A stretch of DNA of 64,000 nt, taken from contig OZ242039.1 in NCBI GenBank assembly GCA_965205085.1, forward strand, positions 3,954,277-4,018,276, read 5' to 3'. Of the stretch, positions 39,594 through 50,258 are shown in pieces. The notes beneath the pieces were generated by a model. That model made no database searches. It had not been told where the DNA came from and saw nothing but the letters and a program-made list of their open reading frames with translations. Positions within the stretch are counted from its first letter, which is position 1; every line of letters starts with the position of its first letter. The DNA comes from Bryobacterales bacterium. Its GTDB lineage: Bacteria; Acidobacteriota; Terriglobia; Bryobacterales; UBA6623. The position numbers and the translations under genes are program-made.

Positions 39594-40274
39594 CTAATGT
39601 TGCCGTTCCAGCCTGCCGTCGACGAGTTCCGAGCGACTCGGGAATCGTGCCGCGAGGTCCGCGCTGTGCGTGACGGTGACCAACAGGATGTTGTGCTCAC
39701 GCTGCAGTTCCAGCAAGAGGTCCCCGACCTTCCCGGCGCTGTGCCGGTCCAGGTTGCCGGTCGGCTCGTCGGCAAGGACGACCGGCGGCCTGTTGATCAG
39801 GGCGCGAGCGATCGCTACGCGCTGGCGCTCGCCGCCCGATAGCTCCGAAGGAAGCCGGTCCATCCGGCCCCCAAGGCCCACGCGGTCCAGTAGTTCCAGG
39901 GCGCGGTCGGGTTCGCCAGGCGACGACCCTCGGTTAGGAAGGGTGGGCACCAGGACGTTCTCAAGGCTTGTGCACTGCGGCAGCAGGTGGTGGTCCTGAA
40001 AGACGAAGCCGATACTCCGGTTGCGGAATCGAGCGAGCGAGGCCGTGTCCAGGGAGAAGGGATTCTGACCGCAGATCGTCACCGCGCCAGCGGTGGGCGT
40101 CTCCAGCGATCCCAGGATGTACAATAGCGTGCTCTTCCCGGAGCCGGAGGGGCCCATCACCGCCATGGCATCGCCCCGATCCATGACAAGGGACAGGTCG
40201 TCCAGAATGACCAAGGCTCCGGACGAGTGCGGATATTCCTTGCGCAGACCGCGAACGGATAGATCTGCGGACAT
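39594..40274 (-). CDS. ABC transporter ATP-binding protein (LolD/MacB/FtsE-like), no permease gene adjacent
   Basis: Walker A GPSGSGKSTLL, Q-loop, LSGGERQRVAIARAL and ADEPTGNLD. Confidence 0.9.
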   Translation of the reverse strand: MSADLSVRGLRKEYPHSSGALVILDDLSLVMDRGDAMAVMGPSGSGKSTLLYILGSLETPTAGAVTICGQNPFSLDTASLARFRNRSIGFVFQDHHLLPQCTSLENVLVPTLPNRGSSPGEPDRALELLDRVGLGGRMDRLPSELSGGERQRVAIARALINRPPVVLADEPTGNLDRHSAGKVGDLLLELQREHNILLVTVTHSADLAARFPSRSELVDGRLERQH

Positions 40275-40442
40275 GGCCGGTCGCCCCCTTCTCTACCGAT
40301 TGTTCCACAAGCTGCTCGGTGCGCGATTGAGGTGCTTCTACGGGGTGACCGCGGTAGCGGGACAAGCGTTCTCGGTAGTCCGGCTTGCGCGACTGTGGGC
40401 GGAGACCGGCAGGTCCGGTGTCCGGCCGCCGGAGGAACGCCA

Positions 40443-43124
40443 GTGCTTCTGATCGGGCCTCCCGGCAGCGGCAAGACCACAAGGGTGCTGGACGCTCTTG
40501 AGCGGACAATACGAACCGGCCGGAGCCGCGAGGTCCAGTTGCTCGTCCCAACGGCGAGCATGAAACACCACTTGGTTGCGCTGCTGGCCAGGCGAGGGCT
40601 GATGGTGCCTCTCCACATCATATCGACCATGTCGGAGTTTGTGCGGGACCAAACTCCGGATGTCCGGCCGATCCATGCGGCCGCCGGGGAGAGGCTCCTG
40701 CGGCTGGCCATCCTCCGGACTGCGCCCAGCGCCTTCGGAAAGCAGTCCGGCTCGCGCGGCCTCCGTGCGCGAATCGGAGCACTGATCGGTGAATTCTGGG
40801 CTGCCGGAGCGGACAGCTATGCGGTCGAAGCGGTTGCCCGCAGCCGCAGCCAGCGAGCGTTCGTGACCGTATTCCGAGAGTACGAGGACTCCCTCTCTCG
40901 GCTGGGCCATGTCCACCAGAACCAGCGTATCGCCCAGGCCGCCGCCATGATTCGAAGCGAGGGCCTGCCGGTCCGGGAAATCTACCTTGATGGCTTCGAT
41001 CACTTCACCCGGCAGCAGGAGGAGTTGCTCGAGGCCCTGGCGGAACAGGCGGAGAGGATCCTGGTCGCGCTGCCGGCGGACCTGCCGCACTACCCGCTGC
41101 CGAAGCACCGCCAAACCCTGCTGCCGCCTCTGTCGGAGGGCGCCGCAGAGACCGCAGTGGTCCGGGCAGCGCACCCTCAGGCGGAGGTCATGGAGATCGC
41201 CGCGCAGATTCTCGCCAGCGGTCGTCCCCTGCGGGAGCACGCGATCATTCTGCGGTCGCCCGAACGCTACGAGGCCCTGATTCGAGAAATCTTCGAGAGC
41301 TTGCGGATTCCGCACCGTTTCTGGCTGCGGACAAGGCTGGTGGATCACGGGGTAGCCCGGCATTTCCTCGGCTGGCTGCGGGCAATCGAGCATCAGTTCC
41401 CTGGGGAAGCGACGCTCGAGGCGATCACCTCCCCACTCTCCCCTGCCGAATTCGGCGAGGGCGCGGATTGCTTTGATTTCGCCCTCCGCGAACGGCTGCC
41501 CGGTGATGGGCTGGCCTTCTTTCGGACGGCTGCCAAGGGGCACCCGAACCAGTTGCGCCTGCTCGACCACCTCGGCGATTGCGAACTCTGGCACCGCAGC
41601 CGCCGGGGTGCGCCACGGTGGGGGAAGGAGTGCCTGAAGCTCCTGGAGGCGGTTCTGGAGCTCCGGCCGCCGATCGCGCCCGGGTCTTTCCAGCGTGCCC
41701 GCGACTGGCGGGATGCCAGTGCAGCGGCGAGGGCTGTGCGGGGTGGGATTGAGACTACCGCTGCACTCGCCGAGTTCGAGGGCCGTCGACTGCGTTTCGG
41801 TGTGTTCCTTGAAGCACTCGAGGATGTGCTGAGGGCGACCGAACTCTCCGTCCCCGACCAGCGCTACGATGTGGTGCACATCCTGCCGATCCTGGAGGCC
41901 CGGCAGTGGTCTGTCCCGAGAGTTTTCGTTTGCGGCTTGGCGGAGGGCTGGTTCCCCAGGCGCCATGCCCAGGATTTCCTGTTCGACGACGAGGATCGCC
42001 AGCAACTTCGGGCCCGCGACATCGCGGTGAGGTCCGCGGCGGACCGGGTGGCGGAGGAACGGTTTCTCTACCAGGTGGCGGTCAGCCGGGCCGTGGACAA
42101 GTTGGTGCTTACCTATCCCTGTACCGACGATCTCGGCAAACCGCTGATGAAGTCCGAGTTTCTGGCCGGCCACGGGACTGCCCGGGACGCGGAATTCACG
42201 CAACTGGGCGGCGGCGACGCACCGAATCCGCTCCCGCCGGCTGGTGCACTGCCCGCGGACCTGCTTGCGACGCTGGCCGAACGCAACCGACGGTTCAGCG
42301 TTTCGGGCATCCAGAGGTTCCGGCAGTGTCCCTATCTGTACTTCAGCGGCACCACGCTCGGGTTGCGGGGAAGGCCGGTTCGGCCGGATGATCGGCTGGA
42401 CGCAGCGGTGCTCGGCACTGTCGTCCACGATGCACTGGAGTGCTGGAATCGCGACCGCGGAGAGATCGGGCAGATTCTCGACCGCACCTTCCGCCAGACG
42501 ATGGACCGCCTGCATCTGGGAGAGAGCTTCCGGACCGAGCGACTGCGTCTGGCGCTACGAACGGACCTGTTGCGCTTCGCCGGCGAGCAGGGTCCGTCGA
42601 TGGGGCTGCCCGCTGCCAGTCGAGGGTACTTCGAGCAGGCCAGGAGCTACCGGATCGAGGGCCCGGACCCGCGGGTGGAGATCCGCTGCCGAATCGACCG
42701 CTTCGACGTCGATGCCGGCAAGCGCTGCCTTGTTACCGACTACAAGTACGCCCGGCCGGAGCGCGTGCGGGCCATGATCAACGAACACTTGGCTGGACAT
42801 CAGCTGCAGCTGCTGATCTACCTGGCGGCGCTTGAGCAGGACCTGGGCTTCGAACCGTCCGGCATGGCGCTGTGCGGACTGCGGGGCGAAACCAGCTACG
42901 ACGGTGCAGCCGTCGACGGCCCCCCCGAATTGCGACCGCTGGAGCGCAAGAATCTGCTGGACCTGCTGGCTGCCGCTCGCCATGAAGCGGCCTCGGTGGT
43001 CCGGGCCGTCTTGCGCGGTGAGATCGACGTGGAGCCGAACGACACGGAGTACTGCGGAAGTGCCTGTGCTTTCGGTGGCGTCTGCCGGGTTCGTTGGGAC
43101 AAGTCGGAGGGCCTTGTCAAGTGA
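40443..43124 (+). CDS. AddB-like PD-(D/E)XK nuclease/helicase-related subunit
   Basis: The GTG at 40443 has GGAGGA 6 nt upstream. Motifs are LLIGPPGSGKT, a C-terminal nuclease region (DYKY) and cysteines CGSACAFGGVC. It sits directly upstream of, and is coupled to, the UvrD-type subunit. Confidence 0.85.
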   Translation: MLLIGPPGSGKTTRVLDALERTIRTGRSREVQLLVPTASMKHHLVALLARRGLMVPLHIISTMSEFVRDQTPDVRPIHAAAGERLLRLAILRTAPSAFGKQSGSRGLRARIGALIGEFWAAGADSYAVEAVARSRSQRAFVTVFREYEDSLSRLGHVHQNQRIAQAAAMIRSEGLPVREIYLDGFDHFTRQQEELLEALAEQAERILVALPADLPHYPLPKHRQTLLPPLSEGAAETAVVRAAHPQAEVMEIAAQILASGRPLREHAIILRSPERYEALIREIFESLRIPHRFWLRTRLVDHGVARHFLGWLRAIEHQFPGEATLEAITSPLSPAEFGEGADCFDFALRERLPGDGLAFFRTAAKGHPNQLRLLDHLGDCELWHRSRRGAPRWGKECLKLLEAVLELRPPIAPGSFQRARDWRDASAAARAVRGGIETTAALAEFEGRRLRFGVFLEALEDVLRATELSVPDQRYDVVHILPILEARQWSVPRVFVCGLAEGWFPRRHAQDFLFDDEDRQQLRARDIAVRSAADRVAEERFLYQVAVSRAVDKLVLTYPCTDDLGKPLMKSEFLAGHGTARDAEFTQLGGGDAPNPLPPAGALPADLLATLAERNRRFSVSGIQRFRQCPYLYFSGTTLGLRGRPVRPDDRLDAAVLGTVVHDALECWNRDRGEIGQILDRTFRQTMDRLHLGESFRTERLRLALRTDLLRFAGEQGPSMGLPAASRGYFEQARSYRIEGPDPRVEIRCRIDRFDVDAGKRCLVTDYKYARPERVRAMINEHLAGHQLQLLIYLAALEQDLGFEPSGMALCGLRGETSYDGAAVDGPPELRPLERKNLLDLLAAARHEAASVVRAVLRGEIDVEPNDTEYCGSACAFGGVCRVRWDKSEGLVK

Positions 43125-46100
43125 GGCTGACCGACCAGCAGCGGCGGGCGGTGCGGAGTTGGGAGAGCGGCGACATCTGTGTCGTCGCCGGCCCGGGATC
43201 GGGCAAGACCCGGGTGCTGGTTGAGCGGGTCCGCTGGCTCGTTGAGGATCGCAAGGTGACTCCCGAGCGGGTCCTTGCGATCACGTTCACCGAGAAAGCC
43301 GCCCACGAGATGACGGCCAGGCTCCTGGGCGGTGCCCAGGGCTCACCGGAGCTCCGGCAGAAGTTCGAATCGGTACGGATCTCCACGATCGACGGGTTCT
43401 GCAACCGCCTTCTCCGTGAGCACGCCCTCGACGCCGGAGTCGACCCGGGCTTCGAGATGGTCGGGGAACCCGAGGCGCAGACCCTGCTCTACGCCGCCAT
43501 CAATCAGGTTCTCGACCAGTGCTACCGCCAGGCCCCTGAGGGGGTGCGCACTTTTCTGGCGGCGTACGTTCCGTCGGGGGGGCGCTCGTCCCGCACCGAC
43601 TCCCAGCGTTTGCAGGACGACCTGGCCAGCCTCGTGACCCTGATCCGAAGTCACGGCAGGGAGGGGTTCCTCAGCGATTCACCGGCACCGGTCGAAGCCC
43701 TCGCGGGCGCCCTGCGGGACCTCGCGGACAGCAAAAGGCTTCCGGGCCTTGCGGAACTGGCGGACCGCCTGGACGAGGCCCCGTCCGCTGACGCCGCCAC
43801 ACGGGCCTCGCTGATGGCAGAGGCTGTTCGCGCCACGGCGCCGGTCCGCCGGTCCGGCAGGGTCAAGGAACTGGTCAGCGAGATCAAGGACAGGTTGCTG
43901 CCCGCCTGCATCGCGGCTACCGCCGCAATCCTGCACCGGGAGTCGCGGGAGTGGCTGCTGCGGGTCACAACTCGAATTCTTGGGGCGTTTGGTGAGGCGA
44001 AGATGGCAGCCGGGTTGCTCGATTTTGACGATGTCCTGGCCGGGGCGGCAGCGTTGCTGGCCTCCGAATCGGCTCCCGACATGGCCTTTGAGCATGTTCT
44101 GATCGACGAGTTCCAGGACACCAACCCCCTGCAGATCCAACTCGTCGAGAACCTGCTGAAAGCGCACGGGCGGAATCGTCCGGTTCGTTTCGTCGTGGGT
44201 GACATCAACCAATCGATCTACGGGTTCCGGCATGCCGACCAGAACGTCTTCCGCGAGTACCGGGAAAGTCTTGCAGCCGGCGGCGGGGAGGTGATTCGCC
44301 TGGTCGAAAACTTCCGCAGCCGCAGGGACATCCTCGAGGCTGTGCACCGGATCCTGCCTGGAGGTATGGGCGGCGGTGTCGAGAAGCACCGCCTGACAGC
44401 GGCGAACCGGTTTCCGGAGAAGGCTGAGCCAAGCGTCGAGGTTCACCTCGTCATGGACGGTCAGACGAGTGCGCTCGAGCGGGAAGCCGAGACTCTGGCG
44501 GGCCGCCTGCACGAGCTGAAGGAGACTCTCCGGGTGGCCGACCGGCAGGAGAGCCCCGGGGGTGCCCGACCGCTGGAATGGGGAGACGTAGCGGTCCTCG
44601 TGCGGACCCATGAGCGGGCTGCCCGGTTCGCGGCTGCCCTCCGGCGAGCAGGAATTCCCTGCCGAAGCGCCTCCGCGGCGAGGCTGTTCGACGCTCCCGA
44701 AACCACCGAGTTGGCCGCGTTCCTGCGCGTGGTGCGCAACCCGCGCGACGAAATCAGCCTTGCGGGGACCCTGAAATCACCGTTCTGCGGGGTGGATGAC
44801 ACGGCCTTGCTGCGTCTCAGGCTGGGTGGAGGAAACCTGGCCGAAGCGATCTCGGAAAAGCGGGCGAACCGGGCCGGACTGGACCGCCGCTCGTTGCAAC
44901 GCCTTGCACGCTTCAGGGAGTTGCTCGCTGCCTGTCGGGCTGACCGGGCAACTGTTCCGCCACGTTTCCTGCTGGCGCGGGCGGTACAGTCCTGCGGATA
45001 CCGCTCCTTTCTGGCCGCAAGGGACGAGGGCCCGGACCGCGTCGCCAACGTTGACCGCCTTCTGCAATGGATCGGGCGCAGGCAGGATCAGGGTTCCCTC
45101 AGCCTCGACAGGATCTCCGACGATCTTGACAGAGCCATCCAGGAGGGCCATGCCACCAGGGACGCGGTCAACCAGCAGGGGGTGGACGGCTGCGTCGAGA
45201 TCCTCACGATGCACGCCGCCAAGGGGCTGGAGTTTCCGGTCGTGGCGCTGGCTTCGATGCAGAGTCCGGCAGCAGGTCGGGTTCCCGGAATGCTGTTCTC
45301 GGCGGAGCGGGGCATCGGTGCGCGCTGGGTGGTGCCATCGGGGATCGGCCCGGTCGGCGATGCGGCCTACGAGTATGCGTCCAGGGACGCGCTGGGTCGC
45401 GAGCGCGAGGAGAGCGACCGGCTGCTCTACGTGGCCATGACCCGGGCCGAGGAGCACTTGGTGCTCAGCGCCTCGTTCCCGAAGGGAATTGAGAGGCGGC
45501 ACTGGTGCAAGCCGGTCTTTGACCGGCTTGGGATTGACACGAAGGCCGATCTGCCCGCAGCGCCTGAAGTGCGAACCGCCGGAGACGCTCGGTATGCGTT
45601 ACGTGCCCGAACCGGCATCCCGGGACAACCGGCCCGTTCCGGAAACGGCGAGCGTCCCGGCAGCCCTCGTATTCTCCTGCCACTGGCAGCATCGGCGCAA
45701 ACCGATTACTCGGCGACGGTCACATCCATTACGCTGTTCGCGCAATGCCCTCGCCGCTACTACCTTGCGAGGGTCCTTGCCCTGAATGGGGTCGCGGCCC
45801 GCTTGCGCTCAACCCGCATCCAGCCGACGGTCGGGCCACTCGACCGTGATGGGACGGATGCCTCCACATTCGGATCCGAAGTCCATCTGTTCCTTGCCGG
45901 CCAGTTGACCGATCCCGGCCCGGCAGCACGGCGCTTGGCCGCAAGGTTCCTGGAGCACGAACTGGGGTGCCGGTCGGCGCGGGCTGAGACAGTCGAGAGG
46001 GAAGCGGGATTCGCGTTCACCCTCGGCGACCGTCTTCTGCGCGGCACCCTTGACCTGCTGTTCGAGGAAGGTGGTGAGCGGGTTCTCGTGGACTACAAGA

Positions 46101-46399
46101 CGGACCGCGTGCGTCGCGGCAGCGAACGGGATGCTGCGCAGACGTACGCTGCGCAACTGCAGTTGTACGCAGCCGGTTTGGCGAAAGCGGAGCGGCCGGT
46201 TGACCGGGCGGTGATCTTCTATCTTCGCAGCGGGGTGCCGGTTGACATGGATGTCGGCGCCAGTGCTGTCGAATCCGCTGCGGCCATGGTCGACCGATTC
46301 TTCGAGGCGCAGGTGCGGCAGGACTATCCGTTGCGGGTCGGTTCGCACTGCCTCCGGTGCCAGTACTTCCGCGATGCCTGTCCTGCCCGGCTTGCCTGA
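43121..46399 (+). CDS. UvrD/AddA-type ATP-dependent helicase-nuclease subunit
   Basis: LTDQQRRAV....VVAGPGSGKTRVLVERV, ITFTEKAA.EM, DEFQDTNPLQ, TMHAAKGLEFPVV and a C-terminal RecB-type nuclease (VDYKTD). The GTG start overlaps the addB-like stop (GTGA). Confidence 0.9.
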   Translation: MRLTDQQRRAVRSWESGDICVVAGPGSGKTRVLVERVRWLVEDRKVTPERVLAITFTEKAAHEMTARLLGGAQGSPELRQKFESVRISTIDGFCNRLLREHALDAGVDPGFEMVGEPEAQTLLYAAINQVLDQCYRQAPEGVRTFLAAYVPSGGRSSRTDSQRLQDDLASLVTLIRSHGREGFLSDSPAPVEALAGALRDLADSKRLPGLAELADRLDEAPSADAATRASLMAEAVRATAPVRRSGRVKELVSEIKDRLLPACIAATAAILHRESREWLLRVTTRILGAFGEAKMAAGLLDFDDVLAGAAALLASESAPDMAFEHVLIDEFQDTNPLQIQLVENLLKAHGRNRPVRFVVGDINQSIYGFRHADQNVFREYRESLAAGGGEVIRLVENFRSRRDILEAVHRILPGGMGGGVEKHRLTAANRFPEKAEPSVEVHLVMDGQTSALEREAETLAGRLHELKETLRVADRQESPGGARPLEWGDVAVLVRTHERAARFAAALRRAGIPCRSASAARLFDAPETTELAAFLRVVRNPRDEISLAGTLKSPFCGVDDTALLRLRLGGGNLAEAISEKRANRAGLDRRSLQRLARFRELLAACRADRATVPPRFLLARAVQSCGYRSFLAARDEGPDRVANVDRLLQWIGRRQDQGSLSLDRISDDLDRAIQEGHATRDAVNQQGVDGCVEILTMHAAKGLEFPVVALASMQSPAAGRVPGMLFSAERGIGARWVVPSGIGPVGDAAYEYASRDALGREREESDRLLYVAMTRAEEHLVLSASFPKGIERRHWCKPVFDRLGIDTKADLPAAPEVRTAGDARYALRARTGIPGQPARSGNGERPGSPRILLPLAASAQTDYSATVTSITLFAQCPRRYYLARVLALNGVAARLRSTRIQPTVGPLDRDGTDASTFGSEVHLFLAGQLTDPGPAARRLAARFLEHELGCRSARAETVEREAGFAFTLGDRLLRGTLDLLFEEGGERVLVDYKTDRVRRGSERDAAQTYAAQLQLYAAGLAKAERPVDRAVIFYLRSGVPVDMDVGASAVESAAAMVDRFFEAQVRQDYPLRVGSHCLRCQYFRDACPARLA

Positions 46400-46413
46400 G
46401 CGATGCCGGGAAC

Positions 46414-48276
46414 CTAGCCGACAAGACCCCGGACGGCGTCGACGATGTGCCGGGCCGAGATGCCGAATCGGTCCAAAAGTTCCCCGGGCTTGCCGCTGCG
46501 GGCGATGCCGCGCACAGCGAGTTGGCGGACCCGGGCACCGTCTTCGGCAAGCGCCGCAAGGACCGCGCTGCCGATTCCACCGTGGGCGTAGTGATCCTCG
46601 ACCGTTACGATGTTCCCGCCACACTCCTGGGCCGCTCGCCGCAGCGTGGCCTCGTCGACGGGCTGTACGCTGAACAGGTCGATGACCCGGGCCGAGATGC
46701 CTTCCGCCGCCAGTTTCTCTGCCGCCGCCAGGGCTTCGTACAGAGTGACTCCCGCGGCGACGATGGCGGCCCGATCATTCCCGCTCTCCCGCAGCACCTT
46801 GGCCCTTCCGATCCCGAACGCTTCCTGCGGGTCGTACAGGATGGCCGTCTTGGGACGGCTGGTGCGGATATACACCGGCCCCGCGATACCGGCCGCCAGC
46901 TCGATCGCGCGCCACGCACTCGTTGCGTCCGACGGGTACAGGACGGTGTAGTTCGGCTCCGCACAGGTCATCGCCAGGTCCTCGAGACCCATCTGTGACG
47001 GTCCGTCCTCACCGATGGAGATGCCCGCGTGCGTACCCACGAGCTTGATATTCGTCGAGCTGATCGCCGCGAGCCGCATGAAGTCGTAGCCCCTGGCGAG
47101 GAAGCAGGCGAAGCTGGATGCGAAAGGGACCTTGCCGCGGCAAGCGAGCCCCATAGCGACTCCCACAAGGTTCTGCTCCGCGATATGGCACTGCAGCAAT
47201 CGCCGCGGGTCGACCTTGGCAATGTTGGTTGTAAAGGTCGAGTTGCCGACATCGGCGTCGACTCCCACGATGCGGCCGTCCGCCCTCCCGAGCGCTTCCA
47301 GCGCCGCTCCATATGCCTCACGGGTGGCGACCGCCGGGCCACCGATCCGGTAGGGTGGGGCCTCGACGGGCTGCGGGGGAGCAGGGGCGGCCGGTCGGTC
47401 CGCCGGAAGGGCGGGCTCCCACGCGAACGGCGCGCCCGCGAGTGCCGCTTCCAGTGAGGCTATCGTTTCGTCCTCCAGCTGCCCGGCCGGGATCGGCTTG
47501 CCGTGCCAGCCGTCCTTGTCTTCCGCGCATGGAATCCCGCGGCCCTTGAAGGTCTTCGCCAGAATCACGGTCGGCTGGTACGGCGAACTCCGGGCCTCGG
47601 AATAGGCCTCGACCAAGGCTCCGACGTCATGACCGTCAATGACCAGCGCCCGCCAGCCGAAGGCTTCCCAACGCCGCCGGTATGCGTCCAGGTCGTGCTG
47701 GAGCATGGTCGGCGCACTCTGGCCCAGTCGATTGATGTCGACGGTTGCGACCAGGTTGCCCAGTCCGTCGTTCGCCGCCATCGAGGCGGCCTCCCAGACG
47801 GAACCCTCGGCGGTCTCTCCGTCACCGAGCAGGACCCAGATCCGGCGGTCGCTGCCGTCCAGACGGCATGCGTGGGCCATGCCGACCCCAACGCTCAGCC
47901 CCTGTCCCAGGGACCCGGTGGCCACGTCGACGAAAGGCAGGGTCGTCGGCGGGTGCCCCTCCAGGTCGGAGTCGATCTTCCGGAGATTCAGCAGATCCCG
48001 CTCGGCCAGATAACCCGCCTCCACCCAGGCGGCATACAGTACCGGGGCAGCATGGCCCTTCGACAGGACAAAGACGTCGTTGGCCTCGCTGGCCGGATCC
48101 TGCGGATCGTATCGCATTGCATCGAAGAACAGCACCGCCATGATCTCGGCTGCCGAGGTGCATGTTGTTGGGTGTCCGCTACCGGCGCGGCTGGTCGAGC
48201 GGACCGAGTGGATTCGCAGTCTCGTGGCCTTGTCCCGCAATCCGGCAAGAGCGTTTTCTGGAAGAGCGAACGGCAT
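46414..48276 (-). CDS. tkt: Transketolase
   Basis: SGHPTTCTSAAEIMAVLF, GSLGQGLSVGVGMA, LLGDGE.AEGSVWEA and HAGISIGEDGPSQM. Confidence 0.95.
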   Translation of the reverse strand: MPFALPENALAGLRDKATRLRIHSVRSTSRAGSGHPTTCTSAAEIMAVLFFDAMRYDPQDPASEANDVFVLSKGHAAPVLYAAWVEAGYLAERDLLNLRKIDSDLEGHPPTTLPFVDVATGSLGQGLSVGVGMAHACRLDGSDRRIWVLLGDGETAEGSVWEAASMAANDGLGNLVATVDINRLGQSAPTMLQHDLDAYRRRWEAFGWRALVIDGHDVGALVEAYSEARSSPYQPTVILAKTFKGRGIPCAEDKDGWHGKPIPAGQLEDETIASLEAALAGAPFAWEPALPADRPAAPAPPQPVEAPPYRIGGPAVATREAYGAALEALGRADGRIVGVDADVGNSTFTTNIAKVDPRRLLQCHIAEQNLVGVAMGLACRGKVPFASSFACFLARGYDFMRLAAISSTNIKLVGTHAGISIGEDGPSQMGLEDLAMTCAEPNYTVLYPSDATSAWRAIELAAGIAGPVYIRTSRPKTAILYDPQEAFGIGRAKVLRESGNDRAAIVAAGVTLYEALAAAEKLAAEGISARVIDLFSVQPVDEATLRRAAQECGGNIVTVEDHYAHGGIGSAVLAALAEDGARVRQLAVRGIARSGKPGELLDRFGISARHIVDAVRGLVG

Positions 48277-48487
48277 GGGTGTTACTCGGTAATCCTCACT
48301 GGCGGCAGTGCCGACCGAGGTGTCGGTTGTGGCCGCAGGAGCGATGACGGGACGAATGCTGTGGGGTCTCGATCCAGCCCACCGGGTGCAGCAGCCGAGC
48401 CCGGACCTTCCATCATAACCCGGTCATGTTTCCCCTGACCTGGAGGACGCTCGGGCCCTACCCTAGTAGGAAGAGAGGTCAGCCTTC

Positions 48488-49585
48488 ATGATCGTGGCGT
48501 CATCCATCAAGCGGTTCGATTCGATCGAACTGGATTGCGGGAGAAGCCTGGGGCCGGTCGATGTTGCCTACGAGACGTATGGCGAACTGAATGCGGTGCG
48601 GTCCAACGCGATTCTGATCCTGCACGCCTTCTCGGGCAACGCCCATGCGGCCGGGATCAGCCCCGAAACCGGCAAGCCGGGCTGGTGGGACAACATGATC
48701 GGGCCGGGCAAGGCATTCGACACGCGGCGATACTTCGTCATCTCCACCAACGTGCTCGGCGGCTGCCACGGAACGACCGGACCGGGCTCGACGGACCCCG
48801 CGAACGGCCGGCCATTCGGTTCCCGCTTCCCTCCGGTTTCCATCGGGGACATGGTTCGCCTGCAGCAGATGCTCACCGAATCGATGGGGATCCAGCGATT
48901 GCTCAGCGTCTCTGGAGGTTCGATGGGCGGGATGCAGGCCCTGCAGTGGGCGGCTTCCTACCCGGAGCAGGTCGCCTCGGTGATCCCGATCGCCACCACG
49001 CACAGACACTCCGCCCAGCAGATCGCGTTCAACGAGGTGGGGCGACAGGCGATCGTGGCCGACCCCGACTTCAACCACGGTGACTACTACAGGGGCAACT
49101 CTCCCGAACGAGGGCTGGCCGTTGCCAGGATGGTCGGCCACATCACCTACATGAGCGACGATTCGATGCGGGAGAAGTTCGGACGGCGACGACGCAAGTC
49201 GTTCGGTGCGAGCGACCTGTTTGAGGTGGAGAGCTACCTGCGCTACCGTGGCGTGCAGTTCGTCAGCCGGTTCGATGCCAACTCCTACCTCGTGATTACC
49301 CGTGCGATGGACACGTTCGACCTGGGCGGCTCACGCGGCTCGCTCGGTGAGTGCTTCGCCGATGGTGACACGCGTTTCCTGGTGATCAGCTTCACGTCCG
49401 ACTGGCTGTATCCCAGCTACCAGTCGCAGGAAATCGTCCGGGCCCTCCGCTCGCGGAACCGGGACGTCGCTTACGTCGAGCTGGAGTCGAATTACGGCCA
49501 CGACGCCTTCCTGCTCGAAGCCGGCGAGCAGACGGCGCTGATCCGCGGATTTCTGGAAAATACCTTTCAGCGGCTGGCTGGCTGA
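48488..49585 (+). CDS. metX: Homoserine O-acetyltransferase
   Basis: [13 protein letters not shown] (nucleophile elbow), [18 protein letters not shown] and SDWLYP. Confidence 0.95.
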   Translation: MIVASSIKRFDSIELDCGRSLGPVDVAYETYGELNAVRSNAILILHAFSGNAHAAGISPETGKPGWWDNMIGPGKAFDTRRYFVISTNVLGGCHGTTGPGSTDPANGRPFGSRFPPVSIGDMVRLQQMLTESMGIQRLLSVSGGSMGGMQALQWAASYPEQVASVIPIATTHRHSAQQIAFNEVGRQAIVADPDFNHGDYYRGNSPERGLAVARMVGHITYMSDDSMREKFGRRRRKSFGASDLFEVESYLRYRGVQFVSRFDANSYLVITRAMDTFDLGGSRGSLGECFADGDTRFLVISFTSDWLYPSYQSQEIVRALRSRNRDVAYVELESNYGHDAFLLEAGEQTALIRGFLENTFQRLAG

Positions 49586-50247
49586 GGAGCGGGTGGCGTG
49601 GCGCTGGGTCGGCGGATGTAGTTCGCGTCGATCGCCTCCGGAGGCGCGAGGAGACCTCGCTCGGACTCCTGCAGCGCGAGAAGCGCCACGGACCTGGCGA
49701 GTCCGTCGGCGACAACCCGTATCGTCCAGCCGCTAGCCGCGGCAGCCGGGCCACCGGGTCGGAAGATCGCGGGATCGTCGGTAACCAGCATAGGCTCGAA
49801 TCGCCGGAGCCCGTTCTCCAGTGCATCCCATGTGGCAAGGGTCTCGGGAGTCAGCTGGCGTGCATCGCGATCATAGCAACCGGCGAAAACCTCTCCGCGG
49901 CTCGCGTCGAGCACAGCCGCACGGGGAGCGGGGTCCGAGCACGCGAATGCAAGGGCACGCAGACTGGACACTCCGACCAGAGGTCGACCGCTGGCCTCGG
50001 CAAGCGCCTTGGCGGCGGCGAGACCGACCCGGATGCCTGTGAACGAGCCCGGACCGGTGGCCGCGGCGAAGACGTCGACAGCGCTCAGCGCGACCGAGTG
50101 GCGATCAAGCAGTTGGGCGATGGCTCCGAAGAGCACTTCCTCGTAACGCGCTCCCGGCCCCAGCGCTTCGCTGCCGACATGCTTCCCACGGCATAGCAAC
50201 GCCAGGCCTCCGCGGCGGCGGGCGGTGTCGATGGCGAGAACGTGCAT
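49567..50247 (-). CDS. tsaB: tRNA t6A37 biosynthesis protein TsaB (YeaZ)
   Basis: MHVLAIDTA....LALL...[21 protein letters not shown]...PLVGVSSL. The long upstream extension in the ORF track (to 52257) lies antisense to topA and is rejected. Confidence 0.85.
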   Translation of the reverse strand: MHVLAIDTARRRGGLALLCRGKHVGSEALGPGARYEEVLFGAIAQLLDRHSVALSAVDVFAAATGPGSFTGIRVGLAAAKALAEASGRPLVGVSSLRALAFACSDPAPRAAVLDASRGEVFAGCYDRDARQLTPETLATWDALENGLRRFEPMLVTDDPAIFRPGGPAAAASGWTIRVVADGLARSVALLALQESERGLLAPPEAIDANYIRRPSATPPAPQPASR

Positions 50248-50258
50248 CGGGAGAGCGG

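Noticed and set aside
48277-48487. A SAM riboswitch upstream of metX.
   Set aside because: I could not find the conserved SAM-I or SAM-II core sequences in the 210-nt leader. This needs a covariance-model scan before any claim.
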